Shown: positions 12,970 through 23,251 of the stretch, piece by piece
Layout: the number at the start of each line of letters is the position of its first letter
How positions within the stretch are numbered: position 1 is the first letter of the stretch
Origin: Bigelowiella natans CCMP2755
Taxonomy: Eukaryota > Protista > Cercozoa
Length of the DNA stretch: 64,000 nucleotides
Reading direction: 5' to 3'
Assembly: GCA_000320545.1 (NCBI GenBank)
Contig: ADNK01000166.1
Location: forward strand, 25,109-89,108
Notes under the pieces: generated by a model
Databases searched by the model: none
What the model was told of the DNA's origin: nothing
What the model saw: only the letters and a program-made list of their open reading frames with translations
Translations under genes and position numbers: made by a program

Positions 12970-14358
12970 TTGCCCCCGTATAACCCAGACTGCCCTATTG
13001 ATATGTTTCTATTGCAGCCACTCAGCCCGAGGTCCAGACAAGGAATCGAAATTGCCCGAAGATTGTTGATCGAAAGGAATGACAATATACAGGAAATTAA
13101 TGGGAGGGATCAGAATCTGGTGGAGAGGCTGGTCTCATATTTCTACCCTGTTGCGCTCAACATGAGCAGAAATGCTCCTGTCACCGTCAGGGATTTGTGC
13201 AGGCTTTGTCGTCTGAGAACATCATGGGTGATCCGAACACTTTGCCGCGAAACCCAACTCCGAGAAGATGGTCCTAATGAATTATATGAAGGGATAATCA
13301 GGCGCAGAAGGCAAAGGCCCTGCTCGCCTTTCATCAGAGAGAATGAGAACCTTCTTCTTACCTCTGCAGGCATCTGCTTCTTGATCCAGCAACACCATGG
13401 TATCCGAGATATAGCGATTGGTCTCCTCGTTGAACTCGTGAGGCGTTTGGTTGAAATAATCATTCACCTCAGCCATAGTCATGCAGAATTTAGAGATCGA
13501 GATGCGACCGCCCACGTGGAATTTCGCGAACGGAGAGTTGAAAGGGCGAACACTGCAATTAATTTATTGGGAGAAGGTTCAACGAGGTTGCGCTCCCAAA
13601 ACAGCACCATGAGAGACGCTTATAGATCGTTTGTCCAGGTGGTTGATCCAGAAGAGACATCGGCGAGGAATTATCTTTCGACTTTACAGGGCAGACGAGT
13701 CAATGGCTCTGTGATGAATCAACTCGCACCGCTCGGAAAATCCATGATGGCAATATTGGAGAATCAAGCTCTAGAATTTATCACAGGAAGAGATGCCAGA
13801 GATGAGATGATCAGAATCCACAACGACAATCCCACCTTAACAAGGGAGAGAAAACAGGCAATGTGTAGGAGCAAAGTGGAAAACGCTTATTACAGAGGAA
13901 TTGCAGCAAGGGTGGGCAGATGTGTAAGAGAGATGCTAGCACGACCGGTACGCAGGAACAGACGCCTCATGAGAAATGCAGACGGATCGCTTGTATACCG
14001 AGATGCAACCGTTGATGAATACATTTCCAGAATCTTCATGTTAACTCCGCAAAGGCCAAATCCAACGATGGTTATCACTACGGGTCCCATTCCCATGAGG
14101 AGGAGGAGAAGGGGTCTTCCAAACCAGGAAAGGAACACTCCACAGAGGCCAAATCCAAGGATGGCTCTCACTCCGGGTCCCATTCCCAGGAGGAGGAGGA
14201 GGAGAAGGGATCTTCCAAACCAGGCCAGGAATACTAGGCGTAGGTACAGACTTGGACTCAATCATTATGAATTAGAATTGATTTTTCATGAAATTCTAAA
14301 TCAGAGATATGTTCATTTTCCTTTTAGGAGGACAATTAAAAAGATCATGTACATCTGA
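12970..14358 (+). CDS. Intronless Arg-rich orphan protein; N-terminus loosely resembles KilA-N/MSV199/antirepressor-type DNA-binding domains
   Basis: 462-codon open frame (first ATG at 13003) after an AT-rich promoter-like gap. Motifs VTVRDLCRLC and ENLLLTSAGICFLI. Basic C-terminal duplication. The domain resemblance is weak. Confidence 0.55.
   Translation: MPPYNPDCPIDMFLLQPLSPRSRQGIEIARRLLIERNDNIQEINGRDQNLVERLVSYFYPVALNMSRNAPVTVRDLCRLCRLRTSWVIRTLCRETQLREDGPNELYEGIIRRRRQRPCSPFIRENENLLLTSAGICFLIQQHHGIRDIAIGLLVELVRRLVEIIIHLSHSHAEFRDRDATAHVEFRERRVERANTAINLLGEGSTRLRSQNSTMRDAYRSFVQVVDPEETSARNYLSTLQGRRVNGSVMNQLAPLGKSMMAILENQALEFITGRDARDEMIRIHNDNPTLTRERKQAMCRSKVENAYYRGIAARVGRCVREMLARPVRRNRRLMRNADGSLVYRDATVDEYISRIFMLTPQRPNPTMVITTGPIPMRRRRRGLPNQERNTPQRPNPRMALTPGPIPRRRRRRRDLPNQARNTRRRYRLGLNHYELELIFHEILNQRYVHFPFRRTIKKIMYI
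14044..14232 (+). repeat. In-frame tandem duplication (93 + 96 bp) encoding TPQRPNPxMxxTxGPIPxRRRRRxLPNQxRN
   Basis: Units 14044-14136 and 14137-14232 align at DNA and protein level. Confidence 0.9.
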
Positions 14359-14496
14359 TTTGAAATCCTTATCTTTTTTTTTTTCCCACATCTAGATTGG
14401 AGTATTGACTAAGTACATCTAGGCATTAACTCAAGAAAATTAACGCTGATGTCGATGTGTGAGATGGGAGTTGTCTCACACAGGAACTGTTCACAA

Positions 14497-14575
14497 TCAT
14501 CTGAACTCCGCATAGAGAGTAGGAAATTTTTGTAATTGCTTCATCCGAACTCTGCGTAGAGAGTAGGAGATTGTT
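14497..14575. repeat. Two-copy tandem repeat, 44-bp period
   Basis: TCATCTGAACTCCGCATAGAGAGTAGGAAATT at 14497 versus TCATCCGAACTCTGCGTAGAGAGTAGGAGATT at 14541. Confidence 0.85.
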
Positions 14576-15042
14576 TTGAAATCGATTGACTCAATGTTGC
14601 TTTTTCATCATCGATTGTGTTTTGAGTTCCTAAACAGAATCATTCATTGTGCTGTTGCTGCGCTTCTGCTGTTCCTGTGCTTCTGCTTGACAACAATGCA
14701 ATTCCATAGTCTCATCGGTTGTTTCCGTTGCCATGCTCGGACAATTCCTTTCATTTTCACACATTCACTTCACCCCCATCTCAATCCATCACACAAGCGC
14801 GAACGCGCATCCTGAAAATTCTGTAGCCTTCATGGCTGCATAGCGTACGCACGTGCGAACACATGCAGTTCAGTGCACATGTTCTTTGCAACATGTGCTC
14901 CATTTGCAGCATTTTTTCACCTGCACATGTCCCAAAGTGAACATTGAATGGGATCAAAATTCATTTGGCACATGGACACAATGTCCATGTGCGTGTGCGC
15001 GTGAGGAACACACGTGCCCAGGCACACCACATGCACCCAAAA

Positions 15043-15434
15043 TGTCAGAAGTGCAAGGCGACGCGCTGCAGAATGCAGGCCAGCAGCACAGTCAGATGAA
15101 GGAAGGAAGGGTGGGAGGACAGCTGCACAAGCGGCTGCCTCGATTCTCTGTTGAGTTCTGACCTTTTCACATGCATGCACCAAGTCAACTGTCATCAGGC
15201 GAAATCACCTGAACCACGTGCATGACATCGTGCTGCAGAAGGAAGGAAGACGCGCCCACTTCCTTTGCTGGCACATGGCTGATGCAGCACTGTCCTGCCC
15301 TTGTCGCAGGCACAGAACCTGCCTGCATCAACAGCCCATTCTGCACTGCTTGTCGCAGCCTGCAAGTGCCCGCCAGCGTTGCTGCTGCTGCCACAAGCAT
15401 GCACTTCGCGCATTGAGTGCAAAGCACTCCAACA
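15043..15434 (-). repeat. 3' LTR (left copy)
   Basis: TGTCAGAAG...CTCCAACA on the + strand; identical to 18262-18653 except at 3 positions in its first 20 bp. Confidence 0.95.
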
Positions 15435-15453
15435 CGCTGCCCTTTCCTTCAAT
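15435..15453 (-). other. Polypurine tract of the LTR element
   Basis: Minus strand reads TTGAAGGAAAGGGCAGCG immediately before the 3' LTR. Confidence 0.7.
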
Positions 15454-18231
15454 TTGCTGTGCAGCAAATTGCGAAGTGCAACACACGGGCGATGTGTTGT
15501 CACCGCATGCTCCAGGACAGAAAAGATGACCATGCGCATCATCAAAAACTGTCCTGGCCAGCATGCCAGAGCCAGAGCAGACAAAAACAACGGCTGGCAC
15601 GCGTGCATGCGTGCATGCATGCATGCAGCCATCGTGAAAAACTGATCTGCTCAGTCTCACGAGCTGCCAGGATCATTGATCCTGCAGTGGCACCGCTGGG
15701 ACAACGTCCCACGACCACGCTGCCCTTTTCCTCTCTTCTGTTGATCAGCAAGAGAGGGGGGAAAAAGGCGATGCCCATTGGGGTGCATCGTTTCGGAAAA
15801 AATGTGAAAAGAAAAGGAAAGCACCACTTCGGTGTTCCTTCAAATGCCCGCACCAGAGTGAGAAAAGCAACAAGTGCTCAAACACTTGTTCGCTGACTCA
15901 CAAATCCAAAGCCCGTGACAAGCACCCACGGCTGGGGTGCAAGGTGCACGGAGGGAGAGGGGGGGGGAGGGGAATGGAGACACTTGCATGGAGAGGCCAT
16001 GCACCTGTGGGTGATGCAAACACCTGCAGCGTGTGTCAAAATGAAGTCACAGAAGCTGAAGGCAGAGAAGCTGCCTTGGCTTCAATTTCCTTTCCGGGGC
16101 CGTGTTGATCACGGCCCCATTGCAGGTGCAGACAAGACATCAAGATTTCGTTGAGGCCGTTCTTCGGAGCATCACTGACGGAGGTGCATGCTCTTCTCAC
16201 AATTGAGCTCAAGAGTCATGTGTTCGTGTGTGTGCTTTCAACTGAACGCTTCGTTTGCAATTTTTGTGTTCATGGCAATCACTCAGAAGTCACACGGGAT
16301 CCACAATTCAGAAACACAGTCAGTCAATGAAGTGGAGGCAGAATGGACGTCTCCATTCTGTTGCCCACCCATTTCCTGACTGTCATCTTTTTGCATTGTC
16401 GTCCCACATGGTTGACCGTGCTCACAGACTGGTCGTGGAGGATGGCTGTGACACTTCATCACGTGTGACTGTGCCGAAATTCTGTTTTGTCACAATCGCA
16501 TGACGTTGATTGTGTTGACATCGTTCAATCTCGAGTCGCAATGTTCGTTGGTCGGTGATGTTGCTACGAGCATCGTCCTTCGATCATTCGATGGCATTGC
16601 CTGCGGTGTTCGTTTGTTCAATGGCGCTGAACAATTGGTTTTTTTTTGTTTTCAGGATCCTTTTCATCTGCGCAAGCGATTGTTCTTCAGAGCTTGCGTG
16701 GTTCGTTTCCGACACCAGCCGGCACAGACCACAATTGTCGATTTCGGTGTCAATGTTGACCCTCACCGATTGACCTCTGACAGGTCGGAATTGACAGGAG
16801 GACTGTGAACATTGACATCGAACAACGGGGATGTCTCCAAGGCAATTGCTTTGATTTCATTCGATGCAACATTCTTCTTCCGCAAGAAGGCGCTTGCGTC
16901 GAACCCCCATTCCTTGGGTCAAGTCGTGAGTTCACCGTCGTTCAACATCCTCGTGTGGGTCACCCAGGACTTGCGAGCGGCAAAGAACGCTGCAACCCTG
17001 CAGGTGCACCGGATGTGTGATGATGCATGGAGATTTCGACACCGGAGGTGTTGTCAGCACCTCCGTGATTTCATTGCCCATTTTCGCATCGTGTGTTTGC
17101 GGTCGCATGCCCGCACATCACAATCATGATTGCGGCACTGTCCGGAAAAAAAAAAAATGCAAGCATGCGTTGTGAATCGGTGCATGATTCTTGATTGTGA
17201 CCCCGTGATGCAAATCGCGCTCATCACAGTGTCGGCATGAGGCTGTCAATGATTGCTTTGTTCATCAGGTAGCCGCGATTTGCCACTCACGTTCCGGGCA
17301 TTGCAGGCCGCAGCGAACGCAGGTTGGCATGCTTTTCCTTGGAATCAATTTCATTTTCGATTTGTTCACATCATCATGAAAAATTTGTGCACTTGAATTT
17401 GGCATGGTGCAAGCAAGTGCGAGAGATTCACAAATCGTTTCACTGTCACACGGTGTGCGTTTCTTGGATTCACTCATGAGTGCACATCCTTGAATCGCAT
17501 TTCTGCATGCTGGACTGTCACTTTGTCGCACGTGTCACTCATTCATTCCCTGCAATTGTCACAGCATGGGAGAGCATGGTGGTTCAGCCACTTGTCGTGA
17601 TCCACCATTCTCCGATGTGGACAACACTCTGATGCCACGGTCGTGTTCTCAAGGTTCGCAAATCTTTCCTTGATCTGTCAAGATCCAGATGAGACCATTG
17701 TTTTTTTTCATCAGATCGTTGTGGCATTTGTCTCAGGGAAGAACAGTGTCCCGCTGTTTCGTTTCATGGCACATGCCTGGGATGGGAATCTTGCCAGGGA
17801 ACAAGGGGCAATTTGATCATGACAACAACTTTTTGGTTGCAAGTGGTCATGATTTCATTTTCGAGTTTCAATTTGATCATGACAACTTTGTGGTTGTGAT
17901 TCCATTTTCGTGTTTGATGGGGAACACTTTGATTTCGCTTTTTTTTTCTTGTTTGCTGTTTGTTCCTTGTTGCAGTTGGTCGATTTGACTTTTTTTTTGA
18001 GTTTTGCCCCTCTGTTGAGTCACTTTGCTTGGTTGCAAATTTTTGTTTTTGAGTCATGGGTGATCACATTTCGTTTTGTTCCAACACAGATTCATTCTTT
18101 CCAGACTGGTTGGATTTTCGGTGCACCAGCACCTAGCAATCCGACCATCACCGACCAAGTTCGTGTCGTGGCACCTTCAAACCAGTTCTGCCAGACTGAA
18201 CTGTTTGAGCCAAGTTTTTTTGGGCGCAACT

Positions 18232-18261
18232 GGGCGGCGGAAGCCGCGTGGGCTCACAACC
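18232..18261 (-). other. Primer-binding site complementary to the 5' half (anticodon arm) of initiator tRNA-Met
   Basis: Minus strand reads GGTTGTGAGCCC directly after the LTR (Drosophila copia PBS is GGTTATGGGCCCAG). The + strand GCGGAAGCCGCGTGGGCTCACAACC resembles tRNAi-Met GCGGAAGCGTGCTGGGCCCATAACC. Confidence 0.85.
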
Positions 18262-18653
18262 TGTTGGAAGTGCAAGGCGGCGCGCTGCAGAATGCAGGCC
18301 AGCAGCACAGTCAGATGAAGGAAGGAAGGGTGGGAGGACAGCTGCACAAGCGGCTGCCTCGATTCTCTGTTGAGTTCTGACCTTTTCACATGCATGCACC
18401 AAGTCAACTGTCATCAGGCGAAATCACCTGAACCACGTGCATGACATCGTGCTGCAGAAGGAAGGAAGACGCGCCCACTTCCTTTGCTGGCACATGGCTG
18501 ATGCAGCACTGTCCTGCCCTTGTCGCAGGCACAGAACCTGCCTGCATCAACAGCCCATTCTGCACTGCTTGTCGCAGCCTGCAAGTGCCCGCCAGCGTTG
18601 CTGCTGCTGCCACAAGCATGCACTTCGCGCATTGAGTGCAAAGCACTCCAACA
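18262..18653 (-). repeat. 5' LTR (right copy)
   Basis: TGTTGGA...TCCAACA, a 7-bp terminal inverted repeat. Confidence 0.95.
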
Positions 18654-18769
18654 CAAAAAGCACACGTGCTCCATTCACATCCAGAGAGAGCCCTGATGGT
18701 GAGTGCAAGCACTTGTGTGATGGACATGGCAACAGCACGCACAACACGTGCATGACATCACGTGTCCAT

Positions 18770-20817
18770 CGTCTCAGTGCCCTCAGCAAGCTGGTGTCTG
18801 GAGCTGCAACGACGAGAGTCCATGAACACCTGGAAAACGACAACTGTCTTGCGGATGAACAAGGTGATTTTGGAAGGAATCGTGGCACTGACTTCCACAT
18901 CTTCAACCTGTGCCAAGTGTTGCATCTCCGCAAGGCCCAAAACCAAGGATCCACAGTTGCTTTCGTTGACCCACGCAAAGCCTGTGATGAAGTTTGGATC
19001 CAAGGTCCACGAGCTGAGCTGCTCAGGAGTGGTGTGACGGGCAGAGTGTGCAACCTCTTCAAGAACATGCTGGCCTCCCAATCCCGCAGGGTTGGGTCCC
19101 CGATTGATCAAGCTCTGAGCCAACCCTTCCACGTCAACCAAGGTCTCCCTCAAGGTGCCCCGGAATCACCAGTTCCACTTGCTCTGTTTGTTGACGACCT
19201 CACAGAACGGCTGAGACAGCGTGGTTGTGGCGTCCAGTTTGCCAACACTCGTGGACCAGGTCTCTTCTTTGCAGATGACAGCGCTCTGGTTGCTGCCACT
19301 CCTCTGGACATCAAGCTGGCTCTTGAAGTGACGACTCAATGGTGCAGAAAATGGAGACTCAAGGCAAACGGAGATGAGTCTGGCATCACGATTGTCGGGT
19401 CTTCTGTTCTCAAACAGGAGTGTTCACGATGTGAGTTCAGGTGTTGTGGGGAATTGATGCGCGCAGTGAACCAATGTCGACACTTGGGAATTGCCTTCCA
19501 AAGCTCCTTGTCGTTCCACACACACATCGTGGACACTGTGAAAGCAGCGAAGCGAGCTTCCGGCAGGCTCAAGTGCAGCTTTGCTGGACACTCAGGCCTC
19601 CGACCCAGAACACGGATCCACCTTTGGAATGCTCTCGTGCGCCCCACTCTTGAACGTGGCATGGGTCCAATTTGTCCCATTCTGCCCCAAGCTGTCTCAA
19701 AAACCGGCTGCAGAGTGTCCAGACTCAGTTCCTCAAAGAGACTCTTCGTGCCCTGCACACAGCCCATGGCCAACCACTGTGCTTCCTGTTGTCTGAACGT
19801 GGCCAGGAAGGTTTGCAGGCCCGCTGGGACAAGTCTCTCGTGAGCCTCCTGAGCAGGATGCGTCAGCAACCTGATGAATCCATGACAAAGGATCTTCCAC
19901 TCCTGTCCCTGGATCAGGCTGATGCTCTGTGCTCAAGTTGGGGTCACAACGTTGGGTCTGTTCTTCACCGTGTCACTGGCTGTGACCAATCTGCCTGTGG
20001 CTTGGACCTGTTGGTCAACTTGGACCAGTCCCATCCAAAACTGGTTGATGTTGACCTCAATCGCAGAGTCAGGGCTCACCTGTCCACCAATGGCAACTTG
20101 TGTCGCAGCTTTTGCTCGTTCGTCAAACCCGACATCCCAACTTGCAAATCCAGAGCCTGGGCGAGGAGCCACATTGGAAGGCCAGCTTCCAGATTGTTTG
20201 AGTGTCATCTTGATGATTGACAGCATGACAATTCAGGTGTGTTGCTCAAACTTCAGCTCCGCGCTGGGACTTGCGAAACTGAGGAGCACAGGGCCAAAGT
20301 TTGCAACTTGCCCCCCTCTTTCTCGGTGTGTCCTCTTTGCAATGCTGAAGTTGTTCAAAGTGTCAACCACCTCATCCATCATTGCACTCACTTGAATGCA
20401 GAGAGATGCAAGCTTCTCTCGCACATGAGATCAGCTCTGGGTTCAGCTTCTTCCCGCCACTCTTCATTCTTTGACGCTCCAGACTCCTCCAAAACCAAAA
20501 CTCTGCTGGGGGCCCCCTCAGATGATCCAATCGCAGATCGTCATGTGGACATGGCCTTCAGGAAGTTTTTGCTCAGAGTGGAGGTCTTGCGCCGTCAGAA
20601 TTTTGCTGCTGATGTCATTGCTTCTCAATGACCAAGTCATGCTGATTTTGGCAAACCAGCCAGTTGATTTGCCAGTCACAGTCCTCACTGAAACCAGTTC
20701 GAGGCACTGCACTTTGCACGCTGCAAGTGTCTTGCAACACTTTGGAAGTGTGGTTTTTCATCATTGTTTCATTGTTTCATTGTTTGTCATCATTGTTTCA
20801 TTGTTTCATCATTGTCT
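18770..20817 (+). mobile_element. 5'-truncated, degenerate non-LTR retrotransposon (LINE): RT domain, C-terminal CCHC finger, simple-repeat tail
   Basis: RT motifs DEQGDF, FVDPRKACD, GLPQGAPESP, LFFADD, CRHLG, LVRPTLE. Frame breaks near 19680 and 20220. CPLC...HLIHHC finger. Stop at 20631. (CATTGTTT)n tail at 20755-20817. Confidence 0.9.
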
Positions 20818-21164
20818 TCTCTCTTTCTTTCTCTTTTTCGTCTTCTCCCTTTCTGTCACCAGGCTTTTCCTTTTTTGAAACGCTTCGCATTGCTCGTTGT
20901 GACTGAAAAATGGCATCAATGTGCACGATTGCACAATTGATGTCACGTCGTTGTCTGCTGCGAAACACAACACACATCCACAATCATGCATGTTCGGCGC
21001 ACGCTAGCCAGTTGGCACGCACGTGCGATGCACGTTTGTCTTGCTAGCTTGCAAGCATGTTGCATTTGACCTCTGCATGTGCAGCACTTCTGCCATCAAT
21101 CGCTCCGTCGCAGCAATGAAGCGTGAAGTAAATGCATGCGCATGCACGTGCCGAACGTGTCTAG

Positions 21165-21202
<38 letters not shown>

Positions 21203-21764
21203 TGTTGTTGTGTGTGGCGTTGTTGTGTGTGATGTTGTTGTGTGTGTGTGTGTGTGTGCACCGCACAGCAGCTAGCAGAGCGCTACAGTTGTGCTGCGTG
21301 CGTGCACCTGCGTTCATTTCGTTTGCTAGTTTGCGTGCGCGGCATGCTAGCTAGCAGCATGCGGAACGACATGTTGCAAATGATCATCAAATCAGCCGAT
21401 GCACGGCATTGTCCCTGCTCGCTATCATTGCGGGGCGAATGTGATGAAGTGATCAAATCTTTTCTGCAAACATGCACACGTGCAGCCGTGGAATGCTAAT
21501 TGCTAAATGACACAAACGCACTTGCTGTGCCGCAAATTGCACACAAGTGTGTGTGTGCATTCATCTGAACTATAGAACATACTTTCTGCTCTTTTTTTTA
21601 CCATTTGGTTTTATTATTTCGAAACCTTGTGCAGAACTACACAGCACATTTATTTCTTAATGATACGTATGTATCGAAATGAATGGAAGAGTTCGTGGGA
21701 CAAATTTTGGGTGGCTTCTACTGCACTGATGAAAGGCGAATAATTAACAATTCATCTATTCCTC

Positions 21765-23251
21765 CTAATCCCTATCACTGATGATGGACAAACGCTTGTC
21801 CACTTCTTCTTCAGTTAGAATTGTGAACCTGATATCGAGCCAATGTCGTTTAGAAAAACTGGCGGAAGGGGAAAAATTGTTCACAAAAAGAAATATATGT
21901 TCCTGAAATATTGTACTTTATATGTGCACATATAATAATATTAAACTAGTAAGAAGACTCACTTTGGTACATCTACAGTAACGACTCCAACTTCAATGTC
22001 CTTTGGCTTAACATCCGATCCAAGGACTGTTTGTAGTGTAAGAATGGCAGCCTAGAGGAGGAACCAATTAGACGTAATTTAGAATTGAGCCGAACTTCGA
22101 GAAAATATTTAGGAACACTACTATCCAGTTGGCCACAACGCACCGCATCATTACCTCCATAGCTTGGTCAAATGTCATCTCAGAGTTAGCTTTAATTTTC
22201 TTTTCCAAGAGATTATTTGCTTCTTGTTCTTTGTGCCCTGCAGCAATAGCCTTGTAACCAACCTATGTTTAGCAAAGCAAATTAAGGAGGACTCTCCACA
22301 GATGTACAACAATACATCTCTATGAACTAGTCGTCTATTTATTTTCTCCTTCGAACTTACGAAGAAGCCTGCGGGATCGACTTTGTACAACTCTGTTTTT
22401 TAACAACATTCTATCAGAAAAATAGAGGGAAAACATACTAATCAGTCAGATAGGCTATCGAAATGGTAACTACGTGGGATAGCCTCTTTGCCTTCCATAT
22501 CTATTCCGCAGAAGATCGGTACTATATACAATGATATAAATGAGAACAATATCCAGTTGCGAAATGTGGGCGATATCTCTATAATGGCTGGGTTGTGTTA
22601 AGCATTCATACCTACGCCTAATGGACGCATAAAAGCGTGCTGCGTGTACACTTGGCAGATATCTGCAACACGCTTGGCAAGGTGTCCGACAGGAATATCG
22701 TATCCATTCTTGTATTTGAATTCTGCTGCCTCTTGACGAGCTCGTGTTACTTGATTCTTTGCATCGGCTGAACGTACAGAAAGGAGGCATGGGTGAGAAT
22801 GGAATGGTCCTCTTTTCATTCCTATTTTTCTGGCGTTGTGAGAAGTGCGTACCAATAAGTCCAGTTGAAACGCAACCAATAGTGGGAGTTATCTTAAAGA
22901 GATGAGATACTGAGGAAGGGACAATAAGCTTGTCCTACAAGGAAGAAGGAAAGAAGCACAGGAAACAAGATGTTACACGACTATGCATAAAAGTACTTAT
23001 ATGGAACATACCGCCACTTTCTTTTGCGTGACGACAATGACGCAATCTTTTCCACGAACTCCAATCGATGTCATGTTAGCATTCTTTACAGCCTTGAATG
23101 CGTATTCTGCGTAGATTGTCAAAGTGTTGTGGTTGACATATCCAAAATCTTGAGGAACACCAAAGAATCACTTACCAACTTGATACAGCTTTCCTTGTGG
23201 ACTGAAAATAGTAATATGGCGGTCATAGCCAGCACTAGATCCTCTAGACAT
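21765..23251 (-). CDS. PSMA6: 20S proteasome subunit alpha type-6 (alpha1), multi-exon
   Basis: [32 protein letters not shown]...[17 protein letters not shown]...[12 protein letters not shown]...YKVDPAG...IISDRD*; short GT-AG introns. Confidence 0.95.

Larger units (their letters stand above)
15043..18653 (-). mobile_element. LTR retrotransposon with copia-type priming, apparently non-autonomous
   Basis: Two 392-bp LTRs with TG...CA ends. 5-bp target-site duplication CAAAA at 15038-15042 and 18654-18658. PBS and PPT both fit the minus strand. No gag/pol motif recognised in the 2.8 kb interior. Confidence 0.92.

Noticed and set aside
18232-18261. tRNA-Met gene
   Set aside because: Only the 5' half matches and it abuts the LTR, so it is a primer-binding site.
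18437-19843. 468-aa ORF as a functional reverse transcriptase gene
   Set aside because: Its first ~110 codons are LTR and spacer sequence that is open only because TAA/TAG are absent; conserved residues are mutated and the frame shifts near 19680.
18760-20830. Target-site duplication for the LINE
   Set aside because: No convincing match at the two junctions by eye; mutation may have erased it.
14850-21000. Classical RIP or plain CpG methylation decay as the cause of the island's composition
   Set aside because: RIP raises TpA and CpG decay does not remove it; CpG is still common in the island.
14853-21499. Many overlapping Cys/His-rich ORFs on both strands
   Set aside because: A by-product of TpA loss (two of three stop codons missing) and TG/CA excess.
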